Below, piece by piece: positions 44,794-54,014 of a stretch of DNA of 64,000 bases (the first letter of the stretch is position 1; each line of letters opens with the position of its first letter). The DNA comes from Bacteroidetes bacterium GWA2_40_15 (GTDB lineage Bacteria > Bacteroidota > Bacteroidia > Bacteroidales > VadinHA17). Location of the stretch: NCBI GenBank assembly GCA_001768195.1, contig MENI01000097.1, positions 73,198-137,197 on the forward strand. Direction: 5' to 3'. The notes beneath the pieces were generated by a model. That model saw only the letters and a list, made by a program, of their open reading frames with translations, was not told the DNA's origin and made no database searches. The translations under genes were made by a program, and so were the position numbers.

Positions 44794-45567
44794 ATGATTT
44801 CAGATTTAGCTTTTGTTCACCCGGAAGCCCGGTTAGGAAAAGATGTTACAGTTGAACCATTTGCATATATCGACAGAAACGTTGAAATAGGAGACGGAAC
44901 CTGGATCGGTCCCAATGCAACAGTTCTCTATGGAGCAAGAATTGGTAAAAATTGTAAGATATTCCCTTCATCAGTTGTATCAGGAATACCGCAGGACCTT
45001 AAATTCAAGGGGGAGGAGTCCACTGCTGAAATAGGCGATAACACAACAATAAGGGAAGGAGTTACGGTGAACAGGGGAACAGCTGCTGTCGGAAGAACCG
45101 TTGTTGGAAGCAATTGCCTGCTTATGGCATATTCTCATATCGGCCATGACTCTGCTGTCGGTAACTTCTGTATTATAGGCAATTCATCCGGTCTTGCAGG
45201 CGAGGTTAAGGTTGATGACTGGGCAATCCTCAGCGGAGGAACCCTGGTGCATCAGTTTGTACACATAGGTGCTCATGTAATGATCGGAGGCGGATCAAGA
45301 GTGCGGATTGACGTCCCTCCCTATATCAAAGCTGACCGCGAACCTCTTTCATATATGGGATTGAACTCTGTAGGACTGACAAGAAGAGGATTCGAGAAAG
45401 AAAGAATAGATGAGATTCATAATATCTACAGGGTGCTCTTCCAGAGCGGTTTGAATAACTCCCAGGCCCTGGAAAAAATAGAACAGGATTTCAAACCTTC
45501 TGAGGACCGCGATTACATTATTCAATTTATCAGAAAATCGGAACGTGGAATAATTAGGTCCAGGTAG
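44794..45567 (+). CDS. lpxA: Acyl-ACP--UDP-N-acetylglucosamine O-acyltransferase
   Basis: 257 aa with hexapeptide repeats and a C-terminal LpxA helical domain (GLNSVGLTRRGF). Confidence 0.9.
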   Translation: MISDLAFVHPEARLGKDVTVEPFAYIDRNVEIGDGTWIGPNATVLYGARIGKNCKIFPSSVVSGIPQDLKFKGEESTAEIGDNTTIREGVTVNRGTAAVGRTVVGSNCLLMAYSHIGHDSAVGNFCIIGNSSGLAGEVKVDDWAILSGGTLVHQFVHIGAHVMIGGGSRVRIDVPPYIKADREPLSYMGLNSVGLTRRGFEKERIDEIHNIYRVLFQSGLNNSQALEKIEQDFKPSEDRDYIIQFIRKSERGIIRSR

Positions 45568-45578
45568 TATAGATGATG

Positions 45579-45621
45579 GCTGATAGCTGATAGGGTTTTC
45601 TATGAGCTACAAGCTATGAGC
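45579..45621. repeat. Inverted tandem heptamers between convergent lpxA and thiL
   Basis: GCTGATA x2 (45579-45592) faces TATGAGC/TACAAGC/TATGAGC (45601-45621), which is the reverse complement of GCTCATA-like units. This gives an imperfect hairpin. Confidence 0.5.
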
Positions 45622-46659
45622 CTATGTCTTTCCTTTCCAACCCTGAGCAGATATTTCTACCACGGAACCGTCATCTCCGACTATATAATTCTCTGAGATT
45701 TCTGAAGTCATATGCCCGATCACTTTAACGGACTGAAGACTTTTTATCCTGTCAATATCTTCGAGGGGTATTGTGAACAGTAACTCATAATCTTCACCTC
45801 CGTTCAGGGCAGGAGTCATAGGATCAACATTGAACTCCTCCGCAAGCTTTGATGTCTCATAATCAATTGGTATTTTGCTGTAATAGATCCTGCAACCTGT
45901 ACCGGATAGTTTACATATCTGAAGCAGGTCGGAAGCGAGTCCTTCTGTAACATCCGTCATCGAATTTGGAATTATTCCTTCACTCCCGAGTTCATTCAGA
46001 ACAGCTGCAGGAAAATCAGGCTTTAGTTGTCTTCCTATAACATATTCATAACCGGACAGATCCGGCTGAGTTATTTTTTCTTTCTGAAAAAGCTTCCTTT
46101 CCCTCTCCAGCAGCTGTAATCCCATAAAAGCAGCTCCGAAATCGCCTGTCACACATATAAGGTCATTAGGCTTTGCACCGTCTCTTTTTATTATTTTATT
46201 CTTTTCAGCAAAACCGACAGCTGTAACTCCTATAGTCAGACCGGTAAGGGAACTTGTTGTGTCTCCCCCGGCAAGGTCAACTTTGTATTTCCCGCATGCC
46301 AGTCCGATACCTTCATACAGCTCTTCAATCTGTTCCACTGAGAACCTTGAACTGATGCCCAGTGAAATTAATACCTGGCCCGGAGTGCCGTTCATTGCAT
46401 ATATATCTGATATTGCCCTGATAACAGCCTTATATCCCAGATGCTTCATCGGAGTATAAATCAGGTTAAAGTGAATGCCTTCAAGGAAAAGATCAGTGGA
46501 AACCAGCGTAAGATTTCTGCCGGAGTCAATAACGGCAGCATCATCCCCGATTCCTGTAACTGTTGACTTATTCCCTGGCCTGATACCTCCTGTAATATGA
46601 TTTATCAATCCGTATTTTCCAAACTCGCTTATCGGGGTATTGTTATCTGAGTTACTCAT
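45622..46659 (-). CDS. thiL: Thiamine-monophosphate kinase
   Basis: 345 aa, AIR synthase-related fold. IGDDAAV, STDLFLEGIHF and GGDTTSS are motifs typical of ThiL. Confidence 0.85.
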   Translation of the reverse strand: MSNSDNNTPISEFGKYGLINHITGGIRPGNKSTVTGIGDDAAVIDSGRNLTLVSTDLFLEGIHFNLIYTPMKHLGYKAVIRAISDIYAMNGTPGQVLISLGISSRFSVEQIEELYEGIGLACGKYKVDLAGGDTTSSLTGLTIGVTAVGFAEKNKIIKRDGAKPNDLICVTGDFGAAFMGLQLLERERKLFQKEKITQPDLSGYEYVIGRQLKPDFPAAVLNELGSEGIIPNSMTDVTEGLASDLLQICKLSGTGCRIYYSKIPIDYETSKLAEEFNVDPMTPALNGGEDYELLFTIPLEDIDRIKSLQSVKVIGHMTSEISENYIVGDDGSVVEISAQGWKGKT

Positions 46660-46679
46660 GGTATTGCTTTTTCAGCTTA

Positions 46680-46743
46680 ATCTGCGAAGATCAGCGAGAT
46701 CAGCGGGAAACAAAATATAAAATTTCCCGCAGATAGCGCAGAT
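46680..46743 (-). terminator. Long imperfect hairpin downstream of the yccF-like gene and upstream of thiL
   Basis: The core stem is GCGGGAAA (46703-46710) / TTTCCCGC (46723-46730) with a 12-nt A/T loop. It is extended by ATCTGCG.../...CGCAGAT pairing. The left arm carries a tandem GATCAGCG(A/G) duplication. There is no clear U-tract. Confidence 0.35.
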
Positions 46744-46754
46744 TTGATTAGATG

Positions 46755-47129
46755 TTAAATATTAATAATGTCTCTGCCGAAGGGACTTAAGGCTATTGCT
46801 GTCATCTTGAAATGTTGCATTCCGAAGGGGATTCCTATTATGGTTATGCAAAGAATTGCACCGAACAATGCATGTGTTATTGCGATACATAAGCCACCAC
46901 AGATAAGCCAGATAATATTCATGATAATATAGAGGCAACCTGAAGCTCCCGATTCAACTCTGGTATCCCTGCCAAAAGGCCATAGTGCCAGTGAAGCCAT
47001 TTTCAGTGTCTGCAGCCCGAAAGGTATTCCGACAATAGTTAATATAAGTACAATACTTCCTGCAAAGTATTCAATGGCAATAATAATGCCCCCGAAAATG
47101 AGCCATACAAGATTTCCAATTACCTTCAT
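46755..47129 (-). CDS. YccF-domain inner membrane protein
   Basis: 124 aa with two internally repeated halves (GNLVWLIFGG...GIPFGLQ and NIIWLICGG...GIPFGMQ), as in YccF family proteins. Confidence 0.7.
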   Translation of the reverse strand: MKVIGNLVWLIFGGIIIAIEYFAGSIVLILTIVGIPFGLQTLKMASLALWPFGRDTRVESGASGCLYIIMNIIWLICGGLCIAITHALFGAILCITIIGIPFGMQHFKMTAIALSPFGRDIINI

Positions 47130-47147
47130 TTATATTAAATTAACTGG

Positions 47148-48764
47148 TTATTCAAGGATTACGGTTTTGTCTTTGGGATATTTTACAGAATATGTCAGGA
47201 CTATCTGCTTTGTTTCCTGTGGCATCATTTCAATATCCCATTTTATCTCACCTGTCTGAATATTGTGACGCCCTCCGGATAATTCAACTGCTTCTACAGT
47301 TATACCGCTGTTTGAGGAAACAGGGATCTGATCCTGAAGCGTGATTCTGATCCCCGTTGATTTATTATTTCGTATTGTAAGCAGGAAGGAGAAATTCTCA
47401 GTTTTATTGGATCCGATCACTCTTTTGCTTGTGAAATCCTGCCTTTTTTCTCTTTTTACCAGTATACTGTTATCAGTTCCAAGCGAGAGAGTAAGAGTAT
47501 CAGTTAACTGATTCACATCCAGGTTTGATTTACCGACATAAGCGTTTTCAAAATAAAGCGTTGCCTCTCCGGCCTGAAGGCTCAGTTTCGCCCAGTCGGT
47601 TATATTCGCTGTAAGATATGCATGTTGGGCAACCTTGGGGAGTGTGACATATTTATAATCTGCAGGAGCGGTCAGCCTCTGGATCTCAACTGTCTGTATC
47701 TTGCCATCTGAAGGTATGGAGTAGGGGATTGAAATATCAAATGTTATGGTTGTCTCGCCTGTCTGTTTTTGCACGGGTATAGGAGCAGCTTCCATCTCTT
47801 TGGCTTCCATCTTAAGGTCGCTGGCAGCGACTTCCATCATAGCCGGAGCTTCATCACGGTTAACTCCGGCAGCTCTTCCTTTTCGAAGCATGGGAATGGG
47901 AACATAGTAATCAATGAACCAAGGATAGAGGACCGGTACATCTCCGGAAATCCAGGGAGTGGCATTTGAGAAACTCAGCTTTACATCTTTCCATGGAACG
48001 CCTGAGTTCTGATATACATTGGCTTTGTAAAAGATAGACACAGGATTTTTTATATCATCAACCCTTATGTCGTAGGAGGGGTACCATCCGGCATTCATAA
48101 CCACATAGCTGAAATAGAGCCTTCCTGAAACCTGTTTATCAGCATTGGCTGTAACATATATTTCACCCGAAGGCAGGTTTTGTTTTCCAAGTCTGTCGGA
48201 TATCTGCTGCTGAAGAGCTGCTATCTGTTTTTCATAATCTTTTATCAGCCGTCCTTTTTTCAGGATGGTCATTGTAACCTGTTCCATATTGCTGGTATAC
48301 AGTTCCATAACACTTTTCAGCTGTTCAACGGAAAATGTTATTTCCTTTGCCAGTATGGCTCTGTTTGCAACGAGAAAAGCCTCTTTTTCCTTAAGTACGG
48401 CGATTGCGGCCTTTTCATCCTCTACTTTGATCAGAAGAGCCTCAAGCTGGCTCCTTAAGTTTTTTATTTCAGATGATTCTTCCAGATTCTGCAGGTAGTT
48501 ATTCTGGTGTGTTACCGAAAGGATGGTGAAATCACCAAATCCCTTTACCTGAACGCTTTGCGGATCGATATAAGGTGAAAGTGAGGATAGTTTAAGAACT
48601 GTTTTCCCAGTGGGCAGTGAGACGGATGATTCATGATTGATCTGGGCTCTGTCAGGAAAAACAGTTACCTGCTTCATTTCAGCCTTAATCTCCTTTTCCG
48701 GTTGAGCTAAAAGGTAAAAAGCAGAAAATATGACAGATATAGATGAGATAATTATTTTTTTCAT
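47148..48764 (-). CDS. Secreted DUF4139/DUF4140-type protein (mucoidy inhibitor MuiA-like family)
   Basis: 538 aa with a signal peptide, a central coiled coil and a beta-rich C-terminal half. The family assignment is from sequence character only. Confidence 0.5.
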   Translation of the reverse strand: MKKIIISSISVIFSAFYLLAQPEKEIKAEMKQVTVFPDRAQINHESSVSLPTGKTVLKLSSLSPYIDPQSVQVKGFGDFTILSVTHQNNYLQNLEESSEIKNLRSQLEALLIKVEDEKAAIAVLKEKEAFLVANRAILAKEITFSVEQLKSVMELYTSNMEQVTMTILKKGRLIKDYEKQIAALQQQISDRLGKQNLPSGEIYVTANADKQVSGRLYFSYVVMNAGWYPSYDIRVDDIKNPVSIFYKANVYQNSGVPWKDVKLSFSNATPWISGDVPVLYPWFIDYYVPIPMLRKGRAAGVNRDEAPAMMEVAASDLKMEAKEMEAAPIPVQKQTGETTITFDISIPYSIPSDGKIQTVEIQRLTAPADYKYVTLPKVAQHAYLTANITDWAKLSLQAGEATLYFENAYVGKSNLDVNQLTDTLTLSLGTDNSILVKREKRQDFTSKRVIGSNKTENFSFLLTIRNNKSTGIRITLQDQIPVSSNSGITVEAVELSGGRHNIQTGEIKWDIEMMPQETKQIVLTYSVKYPKDKTVILE

Positions 48765-48914
48765 ATCAGTGATTATAAATGGACTCTAAAGTTAAGGTTT
48801 TTCTTAAACATAATTTATACTTTGTTGATTCCTGTTTGGACTGATAAAAATCAAATGATTATCAATATTTTATGTTAATTATCTCTTTTATAGTTCTTAA
48901 CCGGTTTAATAGTA

Positions 48915-48922
48915 TACATTTG
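48915..48922 (+). promoter_or_regulatory. Bacteroidota -7 box (TACATTTG)
   Basis: TAnnTTTG match 22 nt upstream of the ATG at 48945. Confidence 0.4.
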
Positions 48923-48944
48923 TCTGATAATTATAAAATTCAAA

Positions 48945-50012
48945 ATGAAGGGATTAAGGATAGGGAACCTCACACTTGCGGTTCCGGTTATTCAGGGGGG
49001 GATGGGAGTAGGAATTTCACTGTCGGGTCTTGCCTCAGCTGTGGCAAATGAAGGAGGTGCAGGAATAATCTCAAGCGCCGGGCTCGGATTGCTGTATAAG
49101 GAATTTTCATCTGATTTTCTGGAGGCCAGTATTCATGGCCTTAAAGAAGAAATTCGCAAGACACGGGAAAAGACTCTTGGCGTTATAGGGGTGAATGTTA
49201 TGGTTGCAATGACCAACTTTACTGATATGATCAGCACAGCTATCTCAGAAAAAGTTGATCTGATAACAGCAGGAGCAGGGTTACCTCTCGATCTGCCATC
49301 ATTTCTGAAAAAAGACAGTGTAACAAAGCTTGTTCCCATTGTTTCATCAGCACGGGCTGCAAAAATAATTTGCGAGAAATGGAAGACCAATTATGATTAT
49401 CTTCCTGATGCGGTTATCGTTGAAGGCCCGAAAGCCGGAGGACATCTTGGATTCAAGGTGGATCAGATAGATGATGCCGACTATTCACTTGAAAAGCTGG
49501 TGCCGGCGATTGTGAATGAACTGAAGGTATTTGAGGAAAAGTATAATACAAAAATCCCTCTTATAGCTGCAGGCGGAATATATACAGGTAATGATATTCA
49601 TGATATACTTAAACTTGGCGCTTCGGGTGTTCAGATGGGAACCCGTTTTGTAACCACACAGGAGTGTGATGCATCACCAGAATTCAAACAGGCTTATATA
49701 AATGCTGAAAGCAAAGACATAGAGATAATAAAGAGTCCTGTAGGCATGCCCGGCAGAGCTATCATGAGTAATTTTATTGCAAAAGTAAGAGACGGAAAGA
49801 AGCAACCTAAGGTATGTCCGTTCAAGTGCATAAAAACCTGTGATATTTCCAGTAGTCCTTATTGTATTATTATTGCACTGATAAATGCTCTTAAAGGAAA
49901 TTTTGACAGCGGCTATGCTTTTGCCGGAGCAAATGCATTCAGGGCAACAAATATTTCTTCCGTAAAAGAAGTATTTCAATCTCTGATAAAAGAATACAAA
50001 GAGAGCAAATAG
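48945..50012 (+). CDS. Nitronate monooxygenase-family FMN oxidoreductase (FabK-like enoyl-ACP reductase II candidate)
   Basis: 355 aa, TIM-barrel NMO family. Motifs: PVIQGGMGVGIS, AGGHLG, AAGGI and GASGVQMGTRF. Confidence 0.7.
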   Translation: MKGLRIGNLTLAVPVIQGGMGVGISLSGLASAVANEGGAGIISSAGLGLLYKEFSSDFLEASIHGLKEEIRKTREKTLGVIGVNVMVAMTNFTDMISTAISEKVDLITAGAGLPLDLPSFLKKDSVTKLVPIVSSARAAKIICEKWKTNYDYLPDAVIVEGPKAGGHLGFKVDQIDDADYSLEKLVPAIVNELKVFEEKYNTKIPLIAAGGIYTGNDIHDILKLGASGVQMGTRFVTTQECDASPEFKQAYINAESKDIEIIKSPVGMPGRAIMSNFIAKVRDGKKQPKVCPFKCIKTCDISSSPYCIIIALINALKGNFDSGYAFAGANAFRATNISSVKEVFQSLIKEYKESK

Positions 50013-50027
50013 ATTATTTCCAGCGCT

Positions 50028-51443
50028 TTATTTAATCAGCTCCATATAGCTTACTGATCCGGGAATTTCTCCGGTTTCTGCTTTATGTGCCATCGGACAG
50101 CCTGGAACCGTGCAGTCTTTTATCTTATGTTCTTTATTATCAGCAGGCTCCCAGCCCATGGTCAGATATAGTGCAAAAAACCCTATAACATAGGCCACAG
50201 CTACATGCCATCCGCTTTTAATCCAGAGAACTACATTGCGTCCTTCAGGAAACTTATTGGTAATTGCCACACCGGCTGAAGATCCGAACCATACCATTGA
50301 TCCTCCGAATCCAACTGCATATGCCAGCATACCCCAGTCATAGTGACCCTGGTCCAGACAGAGTTTGGTCAGCGGAATATTATCAAAAACTGCGGACAAT
50401 GCTCCGAGAGCAAGGGCAGTGAACCACGATGCATCGGGGAGCTCTTCAACAGGCATCATTGAAGCGCACAATACCAGACAGAGAAGGAATATGGTTCCTT
50501 TTATAGCCCCGTGGATTTCTTTCCATGGAACGGGACGAATGGCAGTTCCGATTAATATAGCGATCCAGACTCCCAGTGCAGGCATATCATATAAAATGTT
50601 TGAAGTAACTGCTCCGACCAGTATCAGGCCAACATTAAATATCTTCAGCCAGTCAACTTTTGCAGACATTAAAGCATCCTTCTGGATCTTCTGGTATTTG
50701 TCCTGCTGGTGCGACCCAAACCATGCAAAGATGAAAAAAGCTGCAACGGAGGCAACATATGCATGTAATACATTAAGTGCCCCAACACCATCGATCCACA
50801 TCATGGTTGTAGTTGTATCACCGACAACGCTACCCGCACCTCCTGCATTACTTGCGGCAACAATAGCTGCAATATAACCGATATGCACTCTTTTACTGAA
50901 AACAACCAGTGCAATTGTTCCGCCAATTAATGCTGCGGCTATATTATCGAGAAATGCCGACATAATGAATACAAATACGAGAAGCATGAAAGGACCTTTC
51001 CAGTCATCAGGCAGGTATTTAGGGAGTATTTCAGGAACACCAGATTCTTCAAATATTTTGGAAAGTATTGCAAATCCGAGCAACAGCCCGCCAAGATTAA
51101 GTATAATTCCCCATTCTCCCTGGCGAAGATGCTTGTCCATAAGCTGATCTGTCATCGATGTATCACCAAATATATGTTCAACCAGATGGAAGCCCGGGTC
51201 AAAGATTAATTTGAAAGTCAATAATACAGTAAGTCCGATCAATGCAACCCGGAAAGTCTGATGATGAAACAGCGCCACTCCCATAAGAATAAGTCCGAAG
51301 ATGATGAATTCAATCCTGACAGGACCTATTGACAGGACATCTCCGCCTGATGCAAAAAGGGATAATGGAGTAAATAATACTAATGAGAGAATGAATAGTC
51401 TCCTGATGTTAAATAATGGACGCGATCTGAATAGAGTTCTCAT
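50028..51443 (-). CDS. ArsB/NhaD-superfamily ion transporter permease (citrate-transporter-like)
   Basis: 471 aa, about 11-12 TM, with two inverted-repeat-type motifs FLDNIAAAL and VFDNIPLTK typical of NhaD/ArsB-type permeases. Confidence 0.55.
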   Translation of the reverse strand: MRTLFRSRPLFNIRRLFILSLVLFTPLSLFASGGDVLSIGPVRIEFIIFGLILMGVALFHHQTFRVALIGLTVLLTFKLIFDPGFHLVEHIFGDTSMTDQLMDKHLRQGEWGIILNLGGLLLGFAILSKIFEESGVPEILPKYLPDDWKGPFMLLVFVFIMSAFLDNIAAALIGGTIALVVFSKRVHIGYIAAIVAASNAGGAGSVVGDTTTTMMWIDGVGALNVLHAYVASVAAFFIFAWFGSHQQDKYQKIQKDALMSAKVDWLKIFNVGLILVGAVTSNILYDMPALGVWIAILIGTAIRPVPWKEIHGAIKGTIFLLCLVLCASMMPVEELPDASWFTALALGALSAVFDNIPLTKLCLDQGHYDWGMLAYAVGFGGSMVWFGSSAGVAITNKFPEGRNVVLWIKSGWHVAVAYVIGFFALYLTMGWEPADNKEHKIKDCTVPGCPMAHKAETGEIPGSVSYMELIK

Positions 51444-51591
51444 ATTTGTCAGTTTATTAAGGGTCTTTTAGAAAAACCGGACGGCAATTTAAAACTAATT
51501 TTGTATTCCTTTCCTGATAATTTCCTTCATTTCATATTTTTTTTGCCCTGTCTTTAGTCTATTTTACCTCTTCTTTTATCCGCAAGTCATC

Positions 51592-51608
51592 TATTTTTGT
51601 TATTTTTG
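51592..51608 (+). promoter_or_regulatory. Two adjacent -7 boxes (TATTTTTG x2) upstream of the suf operon
   Basis: TATTTTTG occurs at 51592-51599 and again at 51601-51608, about 95 nt upstream of the sufB ATG. Confidence 0.4.
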
Positions 51609-51700
51609 CATTTTTATTTAGATTAAATATAAGTAAGGTAATAACAAATCGATTTTATCATTGTTACTACATCAGAACGATACTCTTGCTAAATACTCAG

Positions 51701-53149
51701 ATGGATAAAGACCAGGATAAGATATTAGACGAAGTAACCACAGGTGAATACAAATATGGTTTCCATTCGGATATTGAATCAGAACAGATACAGAAAGGTC
51801 TGAGTGAGGATGTAGTCAGAATAATTTCAGCAAAGAAGAACGAGCCGGATTGGCTTCTCGAGTTCCGGCTGAAAGCATACCGCCACTGGCTGACGATGAA
51901 AATGCCTGCATGGCCAAACCTGAAAATACCTGTTATTAATTATCAGGACATAATCTTTTATTCTGCGCCTAAGCAGAAACCAAAGCTTAACAGTCTGGAT
52001 GAAATTGATCCTGAACTGAAAAGGACTTTTGATAAACTGGGAATTCCCCTTGAAGAGCAGAAACATCTGGCAGGTGTTGCTGTCGATGCTGTAATGGACA
52101 GTGTTTCTGTAAAGACCACTTTCAGGGAAGCACTCGCTGAAATGGGCATTATCTTCTGTTCATTCAGCGATGCTGTACATGAATATCCCGACCTTGTAAA
52201 AAGATATATGGGTACTGTTGTACCTTATACTGATAATTTTTTCGCATCCCTTAACTCTGCAGTCTTCAGCGATGGATCGTTCTGCTACATACCCAAAGGT
52301 GTCAGATGCCCTATGGAGCTCTCTACTTATTTCCGGATCAATGCAGCAAATACCGGGCAGTTTGAAAGGACTCTCCTGGTAGCAGATGAGGAAAGTTATG
52401 TCAGCTATCTTGAGGGTTGCACGGCACCATCGCGCGATGAAAACCAGCTGCATGCCGCGATCGTTGAGATAATAGCCGAAAAAAATTCTGAAGTCAAGTA
52501 TTCAACCGTTCAGAACTGGTATCCAGGGGATAAAGACGGAAAAGGAGGGATATTCAATTTTGTAACTAAAAGAGGGATGTGCCGGGGAGAGAATTCAAAG
52601 ATCTCATGGACCCAGATTGAAACAGGTTCAGCCATAACATGGAAATACCCTTCATGTATACTCAGGGGAGATAACTCAACAGGTGAATTCTATTCAGTGG
52701 CTGTAACCAACAATCACCAGCAGGCCGATACCGGCACCAAGATGATTCATATCGGCAAAAACACCAAAAGCACTATCGTCTCAAAAGGAATATCTGCAGG
52801 GAAAGGGCAAAACAGCTACAGGGGGCTGGTTAAGATTCTGAAAAATGCTTCAAATGCCCGGAATTTCTCACAGTGTGATTCACTTCTCCTTGGTGATAAA
52901 TGTGGTGCCCATACTTTCCCGTACCTCGAAGTGGATAATCAGACAGCTATTGTGGAACATGAAGCTACAACATCCAAGATAGGAGAAGATCAGATATTTT
53001 ATTGTAATCAGAGAGGGATATCAACTGAGGATGCTATTGGCATGATAGTAAACGGGTATGCCCGCGAAGTTATTAATAAACTGCCTATGGAATTTGCTGT
53101 AGAGGCTCAGAAGCTTCTGCAGATAAGCCTTGAGGGAAGCGTTGGCTAG
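51701..53149 (+). CDS. sufB: Fe-S cluster assembly scaffold protein SufB
   Basis: About 482 aa, highly conserved SufB sequence ([53 protein letters not shown]). The ATG at 51701 is preferred over the TTG at 51686. Confidence 0.95.
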   Translation: MDKDQDKILDEVTTGEYKYGFHSDIESEQIQKGLSEDVVRIISAKKNEPDWLLEFRLKAYRHWLTMKMPAWPNLKIPVINYQDIIFYSAPKQKPKLNSLDEIDPELKRTFDKLGIPLEEQKHLAGVAVDAVMDSVSVKTTFREALAEMGIIFCSFSDAVHEYPDLVKRYMGTVVPYTDNFFASLNSAVFSDGSFCYIPKGVRCPMELSTYFRINAANTGQFERTLLVADEESYVSYLEGCTAPSRDENQLHAAIVEIIAEKNSEVKYSTVQNWYPGDKDGKGGIFNFVTKRGMCRGENSKISWTQIETGSAITWKYPSCILRGDNSTGEFYSVAVTNNHQQADTGTKMIHIGKNTKSTIVSKGISAGKGQNSYRGLVKILKNASNARNFSQCDSLLLGDKCGAHTFPYLEVDNQTAIVEHEATTSKIGEDQIFYCNQRGISTEDAIGMIVNGYAREVINKLPMEFAVEAQKLLQISLEGSVG

Positions 53150-53180
53150 ATAAGACAAAAGACAAAAGTACTCAGGCAGG

Positions 53181-53207
53181 TTTCCCCTTTGAAGAGGGGC
53201 CAGGGGG
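53181..53207. repeat. Second copy of the G/C-rich TTTCCCC...AGGGG..AGGGGG hairpin family, preceded by GACAAAA x2
   Basis: TTTCCCCTTTGAAGAGGGGCCAGGGGG has the stem CCCCT (53184-53188) / AGGGG (53195-53199). A tandem GACAAAA sits at 53154-53167. The element lies in the sufB-sufC spacer. Confidence 0.55.
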
Positions 53208-53249
53208 ATGTTAAAGATCAAAAAAAAGATAATAGTAAGAATAATTATC

Positions 53250-54014
53250 ATGTTGGATATTAATAATTTAAAGGTCTCAATTGCAGGAAAGAGCATATTA
53301 AAAGGAGTTAGCCTTCACGTTAAACCCGGAGAGATACATGCAATAATGGGTCCGAATGGTTCGGGTAAAAGTACACTTGCTTCAGTTCTTACAGGCCGCG
53401 AATTCGCAGAGGTAACCGAAGGAACTGTAACATATATGGGAAATAACCTGCTTGAAATGTCACCTGAGGACCGTGCGAAGGAGGGAATATTTCTCGGTTT
53501 CCAATATCCGATAGAGATCCCCGGAGTAAGCATGGTTAACTTCATGAAGACTGCAGTGAACGAGAAACGAAAGCATCATGGGCTCGATCCTTTGTCGGCA
53601 TCGGACTTTCTTAAGATGATGCGTGAAAAGAAGGAGCTTGTTGAAATTGACTCCAAACTTGCAAACAGGTCGGTAAACGAAGGATTCTCGGGTGGTGAAA
53701 AGAAAAAGAATGAGATATTCCAGATGGCAATGCTTGAGCCTAAACTGGCAATACTTGATGAAACCGATTCAGGTCTTGATATAGATGCCCTGCGTATTGT
53801 GGCAAACGGGGTCAATAAATTGAAAAAAGCTGATAACTCATTTATTGTCATTACGCATTACCAGAGGCTTCTTGATCATATTATACCAGATGTTGTGCAT
53901 GTTCTGTATGACGGACGCATAGTAAAAACAGCAGGAAAAGAACTGGCTCTTGAACTTGAAGCCAAGGGTTACGACTGGATCAAGAAAGAGGTTGAAAATA
54001 ATGTAATAGCATGA
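53250..54014 (+). CDS. sufC: Fe-S cluster assembly ATPase SufC
   Basis: MLDINNLKVSIAGKSILKG, Walker A GPNGSGKST, signature FSGGEKKK, Walker B ILDETDSGLD. The ATG at 53250 is preferred over the ORF-track start at 53208. Confidence 0.95.
   Translation: MLDINNLKVSIAGKSILKGVSLHVKPGEIHAIMGPNGSGKSTLASVLTGREFAEVTEGTVTYMGNNLLEMSPEDRAKEGIFLGFQYPIEIPGVSMVNFMKTAVNEKRKHHGLDPLSASDFLKMMREKKELVEIDSKLANRSVNEGFSGGEKKKNEIFQMAMLEPKLAILDETDSGLDIDALRIVANGVNKLKKADNSFIVITHYQRLLDHIIPDVVHVLYDGRIVKTAGKELALELEAKGYDWIKKEVENNVIA

Noticed and set aside
50028-50110. Cys/His/Met-containing C-terminal tail of the NhaD/ArsB-like permease (KDCTVPGCPMAHKAETGE) as a metal-binding motif.
   Set aside because: A single CxxxxC with neighbouring Met and His is too little to support a claim without conservation data.
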